DNA of 64,000 nucleotides from Treponema sp. (GTDB taxonomy: Bacteria > Spirochaetota > Spirochaetia > Treponematales > Treponemataceae). The translations under genes were made by a program, and so were the position numbers. This document shows, piece by piece, positions 36,814-46,578 of the stretch. Location: positions 1,134 to 65,133 of the forward strand of contig JAZQQW010000051.1 in NCBI GenBank assembly GCA_045629255.1, given 5' to 3'. The notes below the pieces were generated by a model, which saw only the letters and a program-made list of their open reading frames with translations, was not told the DNA's origin and did not search any database. Positions within the stretch are counted from its first letter, which is position 1, and each line of letters starts with the position of its first letter.

Positions 36814-37386
36814 TTACTTGTCTTTTGCACGCTCAACGAATGAACCGTCACGTGTATCGATAACGATGCGGTCATCTGTGTTACAGAAGAGAGGAACCTT
36901 TACTTCCATTCCTGTATCAAGTGTTGCTGGCTTGAGAGACTTTCCTGAAGTATCTCCCTTAACACCAGGCTCACAATATGTGATTGTACGAGTTACGTTT
37001 ACTGGGAGCTTAACACCGACAGCCTTTCCCTCGTAGTATGTGATTGTGACTTCGTAGTCATCATCTGGAGAAATGTAACCTGCATTGTCTCCGAGGTCTT
37101 CCTTTTCAAGAGGAACATCATCGTAAGTTGCCTGATCCATGAAGTGGAATGTGTCACCGTCGATGTATGAAAGTTTTACGTTCTTTTCCTCAAGGTCTAC
37201 TTCGTCAAACTTTTCGCCTGCGTCAAGACCCAAGTCCTGTGTTCCGCCTGTAACGATATTCTTTACACGAAGTTTTACTGTAATTCCCTGACGTCCTGAT
37301 TTCTGTCCGAGCATGCGCTGAACGATAAGTGGAGCACCTTCGTACATGAATGCTGTTCCTACTCTGATTTCGTTTGTTGATAACAT
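36814..37386 (-). CDS. efp: elongation factor P (Arg32-type acceptor loop)
   Basis: 190 aa. KSGRQGITVKLRVKN loop, CEPGVKGDTSGKSLKPATL. Confidence 0.95.
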   Translation of the reverse strand: MLSTNEIRVGTAFMYEGAPLIVQRMLGQKSGRQGITVKLRVKNIVTGGTQDLGLDAGEKFDEVDLEEKNVKLSYIDGDTFHFMDQATYDDVPLEKEDLGDNAGYISPDDDYEVTITYYEGKAVGVKLPVNVTRTITYCEPGVKGDTSGKSLKPATLDTGMEVKVPLFCNTDDRIVIDTRDGSFVERAKDK

Positions 37387-37505
37387 AGCTATATTCCCTC
37401 AAAAAATAATTTGAATAGTTAGAATAATGAATTATATAAGTTTTGTGTTACAATTTCAACCACTGTCCCAAATCTGGCCAGTGGCTGCTGTCTGACATTC
37501 TGGGC

Positions 37506-38837
37506 TTAGTCTGACTCTGCGGCGCCAGGAAGTCCGATGTCTTTGCGGAAGAACATGCCTTCAAAGTGAATGTTCTTGATAGCTTCGTATGCCTTTCTCC
37601 AAGCTTCGTCGAAAGTGTCACCGTAAGCTGAACATGCAAGTACGCGTCCGCCGCTTGTAATCATTCCTGTATCATCTGATGTTTTCTTTCTGTCAGATCT
37701 TCTGTCTGCAATTGCTCCTGCGACAAAAAGTTTTGCGCCGGTTTTTGCAAATGGTTCTTTATTCCATGTGATTGGAATGCCCTTTCTGTACTGCAAAGGA
37801 TATCCGCCGCTGACGGCGACAGGTGCTACAACGTATCCCTTTTTCCATGAGAAGTTGAACTGGTTGAGGCTGCCATTGATAATTGACTTACACATATCGG
37901 CAAAGTCAAAGTCCATGAGAGGCAGAACTGCCTGTGTCTCCGGGTCTCCAAGTCTTACATTGTATTCCAGACATTTTGGTCCGTCTTCTGTGAGCATCAA
38001 ACCAAAGAAAATGAATCCTCTGTAGTCATATTTTTCTGCTATGAGACCTTTGAGTGTCGGTTCAAGGATATTTTTCTCAAACTGAGACAAGATAAGCGGT
38101 GTAACGTCATCAACTGGAGAGATAGCACCCATTCCGCCTGTATTCGGTCCTGTAGCTCCGTCGCCGAGTCTTTTGTGGTCACGTGCACTCAGGAACGGTA
38201 TGATACAGGCATTTCCATCCTGTGCAAGTTTCTCTGTGACACTAACGGCAGCGAGAATAGAAATCTCAGCTCCGCGGAGATAATCTTCTATAACAAGCTT
38301 CTTTCCTGCATTGCCGACTTTGCCGTTTGACATAAGGTCTTCAATAGCATTGAGAGCTTCTTCTTCTGTTTTTGCAACAACAACGCCCTTGCCGGCTGCA
38401 AGACCGTCTGCTTTGATTACGATAGGAGCTCCATGCTGTTTTACGTAAGAGAGAGCTTCTTCTTTATCTGTGAAAGTTTTGCTTGTTGCACAGGCAACGC
38501 CATATTTCTGCATGAAGTTTTTTGCAAGGTCTTTGCTTGCTTCAAGCTGGGCAGCCTGCTTTTTTGGACCGATAGCTGGGATTCCCGCCTTCCAGAACTC
38601 GTCTGCAAGACCTTCTGCAAGAGGGTCTTCTGGTCCGACAACTGCCATTTCGCAGTTATACTTTTTGGCAATTTCTACATAATTTCCGTCTTCTGGAATT
38701 TCATTAATGCATTTGTTTTCAAATGCTGTTCCACCGTTTCCCGGTACGCAGATAACCTGTTCGACATTGCTGCTCTGTGCAAGTCTCCAGGCAATTGTGT
38801 GTTCGCGTCCGCCGTTACCAACTACGATTACTTTCAT
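37506..38837 (-). CDS. purD: phosphoribosylamine-glycine ligase
   Basis: MKVIVVGNGGREH chosen as the start (track start 38879). ATP-grasp motifs. Ends FRKDIG.... Confidence 0.95.
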   Translation of the reverse strand: MKVIVVGNGGREHTIAWRLAQSSNVEQVICVPGNGGTAFENKCINEIPEDGNYVEIAKKYNCEMAVVGPEDPLAEGLADEFWKAGIPAIGPKKQAAQLEASKDLAKNFMQKYGVACATSKTFTDKEEALSYVKQHGAPIVIKADGLAAGKGVVVAKTEEEALNAIEDLMSNGKVGNAGKKLVIEDYLRGAEISILAAVSVTEKLAQDGNACIIPFLSARDHKRLGDGATGPNTGGMGAISPVDDVTPLILSQFEKNILEPTLKGLIAEKYDYRGFIFFGLMLTEDGPKCLEYNVRLGDPETQAVLPLMDFDFADMCKSIINGSLNQFNFSWKKGYVVAPVAVSGGYPLQYRKGIPITWNKEPFAKTGAKLFVAGAIADRRSDRKKTSDDTGMITSGGRVLACSAYGDTFDEAWRKAYEAIKNIHFEGMFFRKDIGLPGAAESD

Positions 38838-39041
38838 GGCCGTATTGTAGGATAAATAAAGCGAATTATCAAGCCACATACAAAATAATCATTATGCAGA
38901 AAATCAATTGGGCATGTTTTTTTGAGGTGCCCTATACTAATTTTTTTTGATACATTATAATTGTTTTAAAGATAAGGTAGTCTGCAAAAAATTAGTTTCG
39001 GCTGCCTTTTATTTATGCTCTTAGCATATTTTGGAGGAAAT

Positions 39042-40778
39042 ATGAAAAAGCAACAGAAATTGCACACAGCAATTACTGCAGCATTTCTTGCTGTATCTGC
39101 TATAGCTATCGGATTCTGTGTATCTTGTTCAGACAAGAAGTCAGCAAAACTTGCAGATGGTACTTACATTGGTTCTGGTGAAGGAAGAAACGGACCTGTT
39201 GAAGTCAGTATTACAGTTTCCGGTGGAAAAGTAAAATCTGCACAGGTTACAAAGGAAGAAGAAACAGATTTTGCAAAGCCTGCAGCTCAGACTATCGTAA
39301 CAAGTTTTGTAAAAAAAGGTTCAACATCTGGTATTGATACTGTTTCCGGAGCAACAATAACTTCTAAAGCAACAATTGCTGCTTTGGATGCAGCTCTTGC
39401 TCTTGCAAAGGGTGAAAAAGCATCTGCTGCTTCTTACAGTGATACATCTTGCGACATCGTAATTATTGGTGCAGGTGGTGCAGGCCTTACTGCTGCAACA
39501 GAAGCTGCATCAAAGGGGGCAAAAGTTATCGTTCTTGAAAAAATGGGCATTGTCGGAGGAAATACAAATTCTTCAACAGGCGGTTTGAATGCAAGCGAAA
39601 CTTCTGTACAGAAAAAATTAGGCATTGAGGATTCAAACGACCAGTATTATGAAGATACAATGAAGGGCGGTTACAACAAGAACTCTCCGGAACTTGTCAG
39701 AAACATGGTCGAAAAGTCAGCAGAAACTGTTGACTGGCTCATGTCACTTGGTGCAGATCTTTCTGATGTTGGCAAGATGGCAGGTTCTACAAACAAAAGA
39801 ACTCATCGTCCTCAGGGTGGCGCTGCTATCGGTGCTCACCTTGTTCCTGTCCTTGACAAGGCTGCAAAAAATGCAGGTGCAGAAATCAGACTCAACAACA
39901 AAGTTGTTGATATAATAGAAGAAAACGGAAAGCCATGCGGAGTAAAAGTTTCTGCATCTGGCAGTGAATATACAATTAAGGCAAAAGCTGTCATTATTGC
40001 ATCTGGAGGATTCGGTGCAAATCCTGATATGGTAGTTTCTTATCAGCCGGGCCTCAAAGGGTTCGGCACGACAAACCACAAAGGTGCAACAGGTGATGCA
40101 TTTGCCTGGATTGAGAAGTTTAACGCAAGCCTGACACAGATGGAAGAAATTCAAACTCATCCTACTGTTGTTCCGGGTAATGGTACGATGATTACAGAAG
40201 CTGTCCGCGGAAACGGTGCTATCATTGTTAACCGCAAGGGAGACAGATTCTGCACGGAAATGGCAACTCGCGACGTAATGTCAGCAGCTATTCTTGAGCA
40301 GGATGGTCAGACAGCATATCTTTTGTTTGATGACGCTGTCCGCAAGTCACTCAAAGCTATCGAGGGATATGTAAGTCAGGGACTTTTGACACAGGCTGAT
40401 ACAGTTGCAGCTCTTGCAGAAAAGCTTTCTATTCCACAGGATGAGCTTGTAAAGACAATGGATGGATATGCACAGATTCAGAAGTCTGGAAACGATCCTC
40501 TTGGTCGCAAGGCAAACGAAATGCCTCTTCCACTTACAGAAGGTCCTTTCTATGCAGTTGAAATTGGACCGGCAATTCATCACACAATGGGCGGTATAAC
40601 AATCAACACAAAGGCTGAAGTTCAGGACAAAAATGGTAAATCTATTCCTGGCCTCTATGCAGCCGGCGAAGTTACTGGCGGAGTTCACGGCGGTAACAGA
40701 CTTGGTGGAAATGCAATTGCCGATATCTGTATCTATGGAAAAATTGCAGCTGACAGTGCAATTGATTACATAAAGTAA
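39042..40778 (+). CDS. exported FMN-binding-domain plus FAD flavoprotein reductase (fumarate/urocanate-reductase-like flavocytochrome family)
   Basis: Start MKKQQK behind GGAGG. Signal/lipoprotein-like AIAIGFCVSCS. FMN_bind motif DTVSGATITS. DIVIIGAGGAGLTAA dinucleotide fold. HHTMGG and AAGEVTGGVHGGNRLGGN. Confidence 0.85.
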   Translation: MKKQQKLHTAITAAFLAVSAIAIGFCVSCSDKKSAKLADGTYIGSGEGRNGPVEVSITVSGGKVKSAQVTKEEETDFAKPAAQTIVTSFVKKGSTSGIDTVSGATITSKATIAALDAALALAKGEKASAASYSDTSCDIVIIGAGGAGLTAATEAASKGAKVIVLEKMGIVGGNTNSSTGGLNASETSVQKKLGIEDSNDQYYEDTMKGGYNKNSPELVRNMVEKSAETVDWLMSLGADLSDVGKMAGSTNKRTHRPQGGAAIGAHLVPVLDKAAKNAGAEIRLNNKVVDIIEENGKPCGVKVSASGSEYTIKAKAVIIASGGFGANPDMVVSYQPGLKGFGTTNHKGATGDAFAWIEKFNASLTQMEEIQTHPTVVPGNGTMITEAVRGNGAIIVNRKGDRFCTEMATRDVMSAAILEQDGQTAYLLFDDAVRKSLKAIEGYVSQGLLTQADTVAALAEKLSIPQDELVKTMDGYAQIQKSGNDPLGRKANEMPLPLTEGPFYAVEIGPAIHHTMGGITINTKAEVQDKNGKSIPGLYAAGEVTGGVHGGNRLGGNAIADICIYGKIAADSAIDYIK

Positions 40779-40807
40779 TAAGATAGCATATCATTAAAAG
40801 CTGACAA

Positions 40808-40851
40808 AAGCCTGCGATATCGAAGTGATCTTCATGTCGCAGGCTTTTTTT
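40808..40851 (+). terminator. rho-independent terminator
   Basis: AAAGCCTGCGA-loop-TCGCAGGCTTT followed by a T-run. Confidence 0.75.
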
Positions 40852-40990
40852 ATGCATCATGATATTGAAAAAAATGTCTCTTGTTGAATACTTCCTGTTA
40901 TTCGGGTATAAATGAGAATTGAAAGAAAACTGAGACAGGATTTTTTATTATTATTTTGCATAAGAAAATGGAAGTAAAAGTTAAAGTTTT

Positions 40991-42355
40991 ATGACAGAAT
41001 CAACAGAAGAAAATTATAAAAAAATGACAGAGACTCCGATGCTTTTTCTGATAGCAGGACTTTCTGTTCCGACTATAATCACCATGCTTGTGACAAATAT
41101 CTACAACCTTGTGGACACTGCATTTGTCGGAAAACTTGGTACATCTCAAAGCGGTGCTGTTGGAATTGTGTTCGGTTTTATGTCAATATTGCAGGCTGCT
41201 GGATTTATGTTCGGTCAGGGTGCTGGAAGCAATATGGCAAGATGTCTTGGTGCAAGACGCAAAGAAGAAGCTGACGTATATGTTTCGTTCGGATTTTTTG
41301 GAAGTTTTTTTCTGGCAATGACAGTATCTGTTGCATGCCTTTTTTTTCTTGAACCGCTTGTTTTCATCCTTGGAAGTACGCAAACTATTGCCCCGTATGC
41401 AAAATCATATATCATATATCTGTTGTTTTCTGCGCCGTTTTGTTCGTCAAGTTTTACATTGAATAATCTTTTGCGTTATGAAGGTAAAGCGAAACTTGCT
41501 ATGATCGGCATGATGAGCGGAGCTGTTCTGAATATCGGAGGCGATGCTCTTTTTATGTTTGCATTCAAGATGGGAATTGCAGGAGCAGGACTTTCTACTG
41601 CTCTTTCTCAGGTCGTGAGTTTCTGCATACTTTTGGCGATGTATTTTTCTAACAGGACAGAATGCAAAATTTCTTTTTCCAAGCTGTCGCTCAATGTTCC
41701 TGTGCTGCTAAACATACTGGCTACAGGTTTTCCAAGCCTTTTGAGACAGGCTTTGAACAGTATAACAACAATGCTTTTGAACGGTCGTGCTGCTGTTTTT
41801 GGAGATGCCGCAGTAGCTGCAATGAGTATTGTTTCCAGAATCAGTTTCTTTATTTTTTCTATTGCAATCGGAATTGGTCAGGGATTTCAGCCGGTCAGCT
41901 CTTTCAATTACGGTGCAAGAAAATATTCGCGTGTAAAAAAGGGGTTCTTAGTTATTCTTGTGCTTTCTGTTATAACGACCGGCGTAATTGCTGTGTTTGT
42001 GTCGATTTTTACAGATAGACTGATACAGATTTTCAGGGACGATATGAGTGTCGTTGAGATAGGAAGACGTGCATTGCGGCTTCAATGTGCGACAGTGTTC
42101 TTTTTGCCGTGCAGTATGATAACAGAAATGCTTTTTCAGAGTACGGGGCAAAAACTCGGAGCTTCCGTTCTGTCATCATTTAGAGGCGGCATTATTTTTA
42201 TTCCGGCACTTCTTCTTTTGTCTTATTTCCGGGGTCTTGCCGGTATCCAGGAATCGCAGCCTTTATCTTATGTAGTGACAGGACTTGCTGCATTCGGCTT
42301 TATGGCTGTGTATTTTTACAAACTTCCAAAAAAAGACGGATTTGTAAGCAGTTAA
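40991..42355 (+). CDS. MATE-family efflux transporter
   Basis: 454 aa, 12 predicted helices. N-terminal LSVPTIITMLVTNIYNLVDTAFVGKLG is typical of MATE proteins. Confidence 0.85.
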   Translation: MTESTEENYKKMTETPMLFLIAGLSVPTIITMLVTNIYNLVDTAFVGKLGTSQSGAVGIVFGFMSILQAAGFMFGQGAGSNMARCLGARRKEEADVYVSFGFFGSFFLAMTVSVACLFFLEPLVFILGSTQTIAPYAKSYIIYLLFSAPFCSSSFTLNNLLRYEGKAKLAMIGMMSGAVLNIGGDALFMFAFKMGIAGAGLSTALSQVVSFCILLAMYFSNRTECKISFSKLSLNVPVLLNILATGFPSLLRQALNSITTMLLNGRAAVFGDAAVAAMSIVSRISFFIFSIAIGIGQGFQPVSSFNYGARKYSRVKKGFLVILVLSVITTGVIAVFVSIFTDRLIQIFRDDMSVVEIGRRALRLQCATVFFLPCSMITEMLFQSTGQKLGASVLSSFRGGIIFIPALLLLSYFRGLAGIQESQPLSYVVTGLAAFGFMAVYFYKLPKKDGFVSS

Positions 42356-42626
42356 TGTCATCTCTAAAAACTGAAAGAAAATCTGATAAAAAGAAAAACT
42401 TCTGAACTTTCTGTTTTCATTGTTTTTTCATATTGAGCAGTTTATTTATCAGGCCTAATTTCAAGTTATATAGCCTGTGCGTCGAATTTTTGTACTGAAA
42501 GTCCGCTTTCTGACTGCTTGCAAAATGCATGTAAATCTGATTTCTAGATAGATGTCGGAAAGTCCGGACTCTTTCTGTTCTGCAGAATAAACTTTACCGT
42601 TTCAAGAAAACTCGAATTTTGTCCTG

Positions 42627-43730
42627 TTAGTTATCAACAACTATTGTCTTTGTAGGAAGAGGAGTTGCCTTTATCATTGTTTCCAGAACGGAAGCTATGC
42701 GGCTGCTTGTGTACATGCTGTCATCTCTTTTGTATCCGAGCAGATATGCGATAAAAGGATCTGTCTGTTCGACAGGACCATAACCTGCCGTCGGATACTC
42801 ACTGATGCTGGAAATGTCGAAACATCTGGTAATTTTTTGATTATCTCGAAGCAGTGTCAGATAAATGTCTTTTGAAAAATCGTCGCCGACAGCAATGAAA
42901 TCTGTATTTTTCTCGATGTCACTTTTTGGAATCAGGTCGAGTGTTTCGCACAGAGATTTGTACATTGCTGAAAATACTGCCGTTTTTTCGTTTAACACCC
43001 ATGTGTCATATTTTTCTTTGTTAAACATTTTCTGGAAAATAAAGTGATGGCGTTTTGTAAGCTTCGGGTACTGCTTGAAAAACTCTGCCGAATATACACA
43101 GTATCCGTCATGGGCGAGCTTAGTCAGAAATGGTTCATAAACTGTTGTGTTTGCGCATTCTCCTGGAATAAAAAGTATGACGCTTCCGTTTTTTTCTGGC
43201 AAATTTGATACGCTGTTTGTTTTTTTTCTGAAAAAAGAATGAGATATCGTGCTGTCACTTTCGAACTTTGTGATGCAGAGAGTCTTTCTTTCGAACGGAT
43301 TTATTGGATGATGAAATCCGTTTTCGAGAGAACCGCAGAAATATTCAGTTTTGCTTGAAACAGAATATTTTGTAAGGTCTGTCTTTGCCGGACGGAATTT
43401 TACGATAAAAATGCTTGCCGCAATCAATGCGATTAGGGAAATGCAAGATGCGATGATAAATGACGGATTGTAATGGTCAATTATGAGTTTTTCATTCAGA
43501 CGCAGAAGTGCCCTGAAGTTTGCGAGAAAAGCAAAAAGTGAAATTGCAAAAACTATGATTTCCTGTAACGATATTCCCCATGCAAGAAAATTCAGAATTG
43601 ATATGATAAGTGCAACAGAAGGAATGATTGCCAACTGGTCGACGCGTTCTTTTTCGATTATGAAAATTCGCAGAGAAGAAAGTGTAAGAATCAGCAGGGT
43701 GATAAGCTCGCTCAGAGTTTGGTACGTCAT
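42627..43730 (-). CDS. membrane protein with possible alpha/beta-hydrolase-like C-terminal domain
   Basis: 367 aa. About 4 N-terminal helices. VILFIPGECANTTVYEPFLTKLAHDGYCVYSAEF resembles dienelactone-hydrolase-type folds. Confidence 0.4.
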   Translation of the reverse strand: MTYQTLSELITLLILTLSSLRIFIIEKERVDQLAIIPSVALIISILNFLAWGISLQEIIVFAISLFAFLANFRALLRLNEKLIIDHYNPSFIIASCISLIALIAASIFIVKFRPAKTDLTKYSVSSKTEYFCGSLENGFHHPINPFERKTLCITKFESDSTISHSFFRKKTNSVSNLPEKNGSVILFIPGECANTTVYEPFLTKLAHDGYCVYSAEFFKQYPKLTKRHHFIFQKMFNKEKYDTWVLNEKTAVFSAMYKSLCETLDLIPKSDIEKNTDFIAVGDDFSKDIYLTLLRDNQKITRCFDISSISEYPTAGYGPVEQTDPFIAYLLGYKRDDSMYTSSRIASVLETMIKATPLPTKTIVVDN

Positions 43731-43845
43731 GGTAATTATAGTAGCGAAAATAACGCGATTGTTCTAGGTAGTTCTTAAAAACGTAGTTTTTTTGATTATT
43801 TGGCATTTAGAATAATAATTTTTAGCTGAAGCTTACGTTTTTTTT

Positions 43846-43873
43846 TTGACTTTGACAGTGTGTGTGTTATAAT
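43846..43873 (+). promoter_or_regulatory. near-consensus sigma70-type promoter
   Basis: TTGACT (43846-43851), 16-nt spacer, TGtTATAAT (hexamer 43868-43873). AAGGAG lies 9 nt before TTG 43895. Confidence 0.55.
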
Positions 43874-43894
43874 TTTCTTAAGGAGTTTCTTGGT

Positions 43895-45397
43895 TTGGCA
43901 GGGTCGAAAATAGCTGTAAATGTTGTTCAGGTTAGAAAAGCAATAAAGTCTGGAATTCCGCTTGTTCTTACCACATATACTTTTCCTAGAGATATAGAAG
44001 CTTACGTTGACGAAGTTATAAAAGTATTTCTCACAGAACTTAATCAAAAGCAGATGATAGAGACTCTTTCTTATTGTATGAAAGAGCTTGCAAACAATGC
44101 GAAGAAAGCAAATACAAAACGTGTTTATTTTGAAGAAAAAAAACTTGATCTGCATAATCCTGAAGAATACCGGAAAGGCATGGAAGCTTTTAAAACTGAT
44201 ACGCTTACAAATCAGAAGCATTACATGGAACTTCAGAAAAACAAAGGATTTTATATAAAAATTATTCTTCAGGCAACAAGCAATAAAGTAAAACTTGAAA
44301 TCCGAAATAAAGCAGAACTTGCAGTTGATGAATACAAGAGAATACATGACAAAATCACAAGAGCTTCCCAGTTTGATTCACTGGAGCAGGGACTTGCCTC
44401 TATGCTTGATGAATCAGAAGGAGCCGGTCTTGGTCTTATCATGATGATTCTGATGCTCAAAAAAATAGGGCTTACAGAAGAAAACTATCAGGTTCTCTGC
44501 GAGGGCGGGGAAACAATTACAAGACTTATCATTCCGTTCAGTCAGGAATCTAGCGGTGATTTTATTTCTCTTTCCAAAAAATTTGTTGAACTTATCAAAG
44601 GTCTTCCTGAGTTTCCGGAGAATATCACGGCGATTAACAGGCTGATAAATGATCCGAACAGTAAGATGAGCGATATAGCAATGAAAATCTCGAACGATGT
44701 TTCGCTTACAGGCGAACTGCTCAAGATGGTAAACTCTGCTGCTTTTGCTCTGTCATCACCTTGTACTTCCATAGAAGACGCTGTGAAATTTGCCGGCATG
44801 AGAGGTATACGAAACCTGCTTTTCTCTATCGGTTCCATGACATCTCTGATGGTTGATTCCGATCCTCGTAAAAAGGCGATGTGGGATCATTCGTATCGCG
44901 TCGCTTTCTATGCATACAATCTTGCACGCCGTTTTTTTCATACACCTGAAGATAAACGTATCGTAGAAGACAGTTATGTATGCGGACTTCTGCACGATAT
45001 GGGAAAGATAGTCTTTGTTTCATCTTCGTCAGATATTTATGAGCGGATGGGTGTCTTATGCAAGGAGAAAAACATAAGCACCGGTATGTTTGAGCGTATG
45101 GTAGCTGGCGTAAATCATGGCGAAGTTGGTGCCCTTATTGCAGAGAAATGGAACTTTCCTAAAGTTATTGTCGATGTTATACGATATCATCACGATGCAG
45201 ATGCTGCCGGTGACGAATACAAAAAACTTGCACTGCTTATACATTTCTGTGATCTGCTTGCTCATTACAGAGAGGGGATTGTTGATTTTTCAAGTTTTGA
45301 AGCAGAGGAATGCAAAATGTTCTCCATTACAGATGAGGCTCAGATAAAGGATTTGAGTGACAGGCTTGATGTTCAGTTCAAAAATGGCTCTCGCTGA
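43895..45397 (+). CDS. HATPase-like domain plus HDOD domain signalling protein
   Basis: N-box-like KELANNAKKA and G-box-like DESEGAGLGL, then an HDOD region (INRLINDPNSKMSDIAMKISNDVSLTGELLKMVNSAAF ... GLLHDMGK). The track GTG start 43862 lies inside the predicted promoter, so I prefer TTG 43895. Confidence 0.75.
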   Translation: MAGSKIAVNVVQVRKAIKSGIPLVLTTYTFPRDIEAYVDEVIKVFLTELNQKQMIETLSYCMKELANNAKKANTKRVYFEEKKLDLHNPEEYRKGMEAFKTDTLTNQKHYMELQKNKGFYIKIILQATSNKVKLEIRNKAELAVDEYKRIHDKITRASQFDSLEQGLASMLDESEGAGLGLIMMILMLKKIGLTEENYQVLCEGGETITRLIIPFSQESSGDFISLSKKFVELIKGLPEFPENITAINRLINDPNSKMSDIAMKISNDVSLTGELLKMVNSAAFALSSPCTSIEDAVKFAGMRGIRNLLFSIGSMTSLMVDSDPRKKAMWDHSYRVAFYAYNLARRFFHTPEDKRIVEDSYVCGLLHDMGKIVFVSSSSDIYERMGVLCKEKNISTGMFERMVAGVNHGEVGALIAEKWNFPKVIVDVIRYHHDADAAGDEYKKLALLIHFCDLLAHYREGIVDFSSFEAEECKMFSITDEAQIKDLSDRLDVQFKNGSR

Positions 45398-45449
45398 AAT
45401 AGGTTCTGTTTGTGAACTGACATTTTGGTATGCTTTGGAGAAAAACAGA

Positions 45450-45650
45450 ATGTCGAGAAGTATTCATTGGACATATGAAATTTTTAAGCATAAGTCAAAA
45501 AGGGAATTGATAGAAATGTGTGATATAGAAAATCCTGATTATGCTGTAAAGGAATTACGGGAAAAAATACGTATAAAACGTGATGTTAAAAATAAACGTG
45601 CAGAAAAAAAGATTTCTTTGAATGAAGAAGAAAACGATATCACTTTGTGA
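45450..45650 (+). CDS. small basic hypothetical protein
   Basis: 66-aa ATG ORF behind GGAG, no motif. The longer track version overlaps the HDOD gene end. Confidence 0.25.
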   Translation: MSRSIHWTYEIFKHKSKRELIEMCDIENPDYAVKELREKIRIKRDVKNKRAEKKISLNEEENDITL

Positions 45651-45732
45651 GTTTACAAATTTTGCATCCGGACGATTTTGAAGCTGCTTATGTAATTAAC
45701 ATACAAATTTATTTTTACGAACTTCGCCGTAC

Positions 45733-46578
45733 TTACCGCTGATTGTTTTTTGTATCGTCTTTGTGCATGTTCAAAAGTGCATTTGTCCATTCCTGCATCA
45801 ATATGCCGAACGCGACTCCGACATTGAGCGAAGCTTTGAGTCCTGTCATCGGGATTGATACACAACCGTACGTTGCTAAGTGCAGAGCTTCCGGGCTTAC
45901 GCCGAGTTCTTCTGAACCTATGATGCAGATACCTTTTTCTGGAAACTTAAATTCTTTGATAGGTGTGCCGCCTGTCTCCAGGACAAAAATCGGCACGTCT
46001 TTTGGCAGTTCTTCCAGCGTACATCTTGTATAGCCGAGTGTTTCGATACAGCCCATAGAACTTCTTTGTGCATGAGGCTGTTCTGGATCGGTACAGCGCG
46101 GCGAAATAAAAACCTTTTCTGCACCCATTGCTTCTGCAGTTCTGAAAATCGAACCTACATTGAATGGTGAACGTATGTCTTCTGCATAGACGCTTACACC
46201 TGGAAAGAAATTTCTTTTTGCAACAGTTTCTTCTGATTGTGCATGAGGAGCAATGACTAAATCCCATTCTGCTGGAAAAGTTCCGATTATTGAAAGAAGA
46301 GCATTTCTTGCAATGTTACAGGTTCTTCTTTCATCGAAGTTTTCTGCTTCTATGAGAGTTTTGAGCTGTGTGTATGTTTCTGGAGGAAGTTTTGGGTCTT
46401 GCAGGACAATCTGAGCCACAGCTTTTGTGTATTCTGCGCGGCTCATTTTTGTGTAGTTGTATTCTGTTCCTTTTTCTGCAATGCCTGCTATGTCACGTTC
46501 CAGTTCGCCGAATGTCAGGGCAAGCTTACGCCGTTTCTGTCCGGCAGCAAGCTGGAATAATTTCTGCGGTTCAATCAT
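45733..46578 (-). CDS. TrmH/SpoU-family RNA 2'-O-methyltransferase
   Basis: 281 aa. DIRSPFNVGSIFRTAEAMG, IIGSEELGVS, IPMTGLKASLNVGVAFGILM. Confidence 0.85.
   Translation of the reverse strand: MIEPQKLFQLAAGQKRRKLALTFGELERDIAGIAEKGTEYNYTKMSRAEYTKAVAQIVLQDPKLPPETYTQLKTLIEAENFDERRTCNIARNALLSIIGTFPAEWDLVIAPHAQSEETVAKRNFFPGVSVYAEDIRSPFNVGSIFRTAEAMGAEKVFISPRCTDPEQPHAQRSSMGCIETLGYTRCTLEELPKDVPIFVLETGGTPIKEFKFPEKGICIIGSEELGVSPEALHLATYGCVSIPMTGLKASLNVGVAFGILMQEWTNALLNMHKDDTKNNQR

Noticed and set aside
43796-44347. 183-aa minus-strand ORF rich in Phe, Lys and Ile
   Set aside because: It is low-complexity translation of AT-rich sequence, antisense to the HDOD gene and its promoter.
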